From contig JBBILX010000011.1 in the NCBI GenBank assembly GCA_037444685.1, positions 50,459-114,458 of the forward strand: 64,000 nt of DNA, written 5' to 3'. Below the pieces are notes generated by a model. That model saw nothing but the letters and a program-made list of their open reading frames with translations, searched no databases and was not told the DNA's origin. Numbering within the stretch: position 1 is the stretch's first letter; every line of letters starts with the position of its first letter. The translations under genes and the position numbers were made by a program. The stretch comes from Gammaproteobacteria bacterium. Lineage in GTDB: Bacteria > Pseudomonadota > Gammaproteobacteria > Steroidobacterales > Steroidobacteraceae. Shown piece after piece: positions 63,826-64,000 of the stretch.

Positions 63826-64000
63826 ATGCCCATTGCCATCGACCTTTACTGGCTGCTCGTCTTCCTGCACGTCCTCGCATTCGCCTACTGGCTCGGCGGC
63901 GACTTCGGCGTGTATGTCACGGGGGGGTTCGTGGCCCGCGCGGACCTGCCGCTCGCGGAGCGGCTGCGCTTCCTCGACGCGCTGCTGCGTATCGACCTGC
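63826..64000 (+). CDS. hypothetical membrane protein (3' end cut by window edge)
   Basis: The frame is open from ATG 63826 to the window end (MPIAIDLYWLLVFLHVLAFAYWLGGDFGVYV...). It has a hydrophobic N-terminus and G/C-rich third positions. It is not in the ORF track because no stop is reached. Confidence 0.45.
   Translation, partial: MPIAIDLYWLLVFLHVLAFAYWLGGDFGVYVTGGFVARADLPLAERLRFLDALLRIDL

Overview
This 64 kb window is high-GC chromosomal core DNA with gammaproteobacterial gene order (Pseudomonas/Xanthomonadales-like synteny; the taxon is an inference). It is densely coding, with about 65 CDS and one tRNA-Gln. I saw no rRNA, CRISPR array, IS element, integrase or phage genes. All family assignments come from reading motifs in the supplied translations; no HMM or BLAST search was possible. 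Left to right the window contains: rlmI(partial)-lgt-thyA; a small accessory islet (SET-domain protein, an Arg/Asp/Tyr-rich secreted protein, and a ~1000-aa DUF11-repeat surface protein) between thyA and folA; a translationally coupled kynurenine-pathway operon (HAAO, cyclase-like formamidase candidate, kynureninase, KMO); lptD-surA-pdxA-rsmA-(usp)-apaG-apaH; amgK-murU; lipA-lipB-folE; a long cell-wall cluster (mreBCD-mrdA-rodA-mltB-rlpA-dacC-dat-ybeD); gatCAB-hslO; an AT-rich promoter island followed by a SahR-like regulator, metF and metH; mtgA, ppiB and prmC; a MoxR/DUF58/DUF4350/DUF4129/RDD/SpoIIM-like module between prmC and prfA; TPR-lolB-ispE-tRNAGln-prs-rplY-pth-ychF; bfd-bfr-dodecin; and an acyl-CoA dehydrogenase. 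The most interesting candidate for an uncharacterised system is the tightly coupled MoxR-centred membrane module at 45.6-53.3 kb, which splits the normally adjacent prfA-prmC pair. Secondary candidates are the thyA-folA islet, the non-canonical formamidase candidate, the SahR-like locus with an apparently leaderless promoter, and the bfd-bfr-dodecin storage cluster. Many long ORFs in the six-frame track are high-GC antisense or out-of-frame shadows and were rejected.
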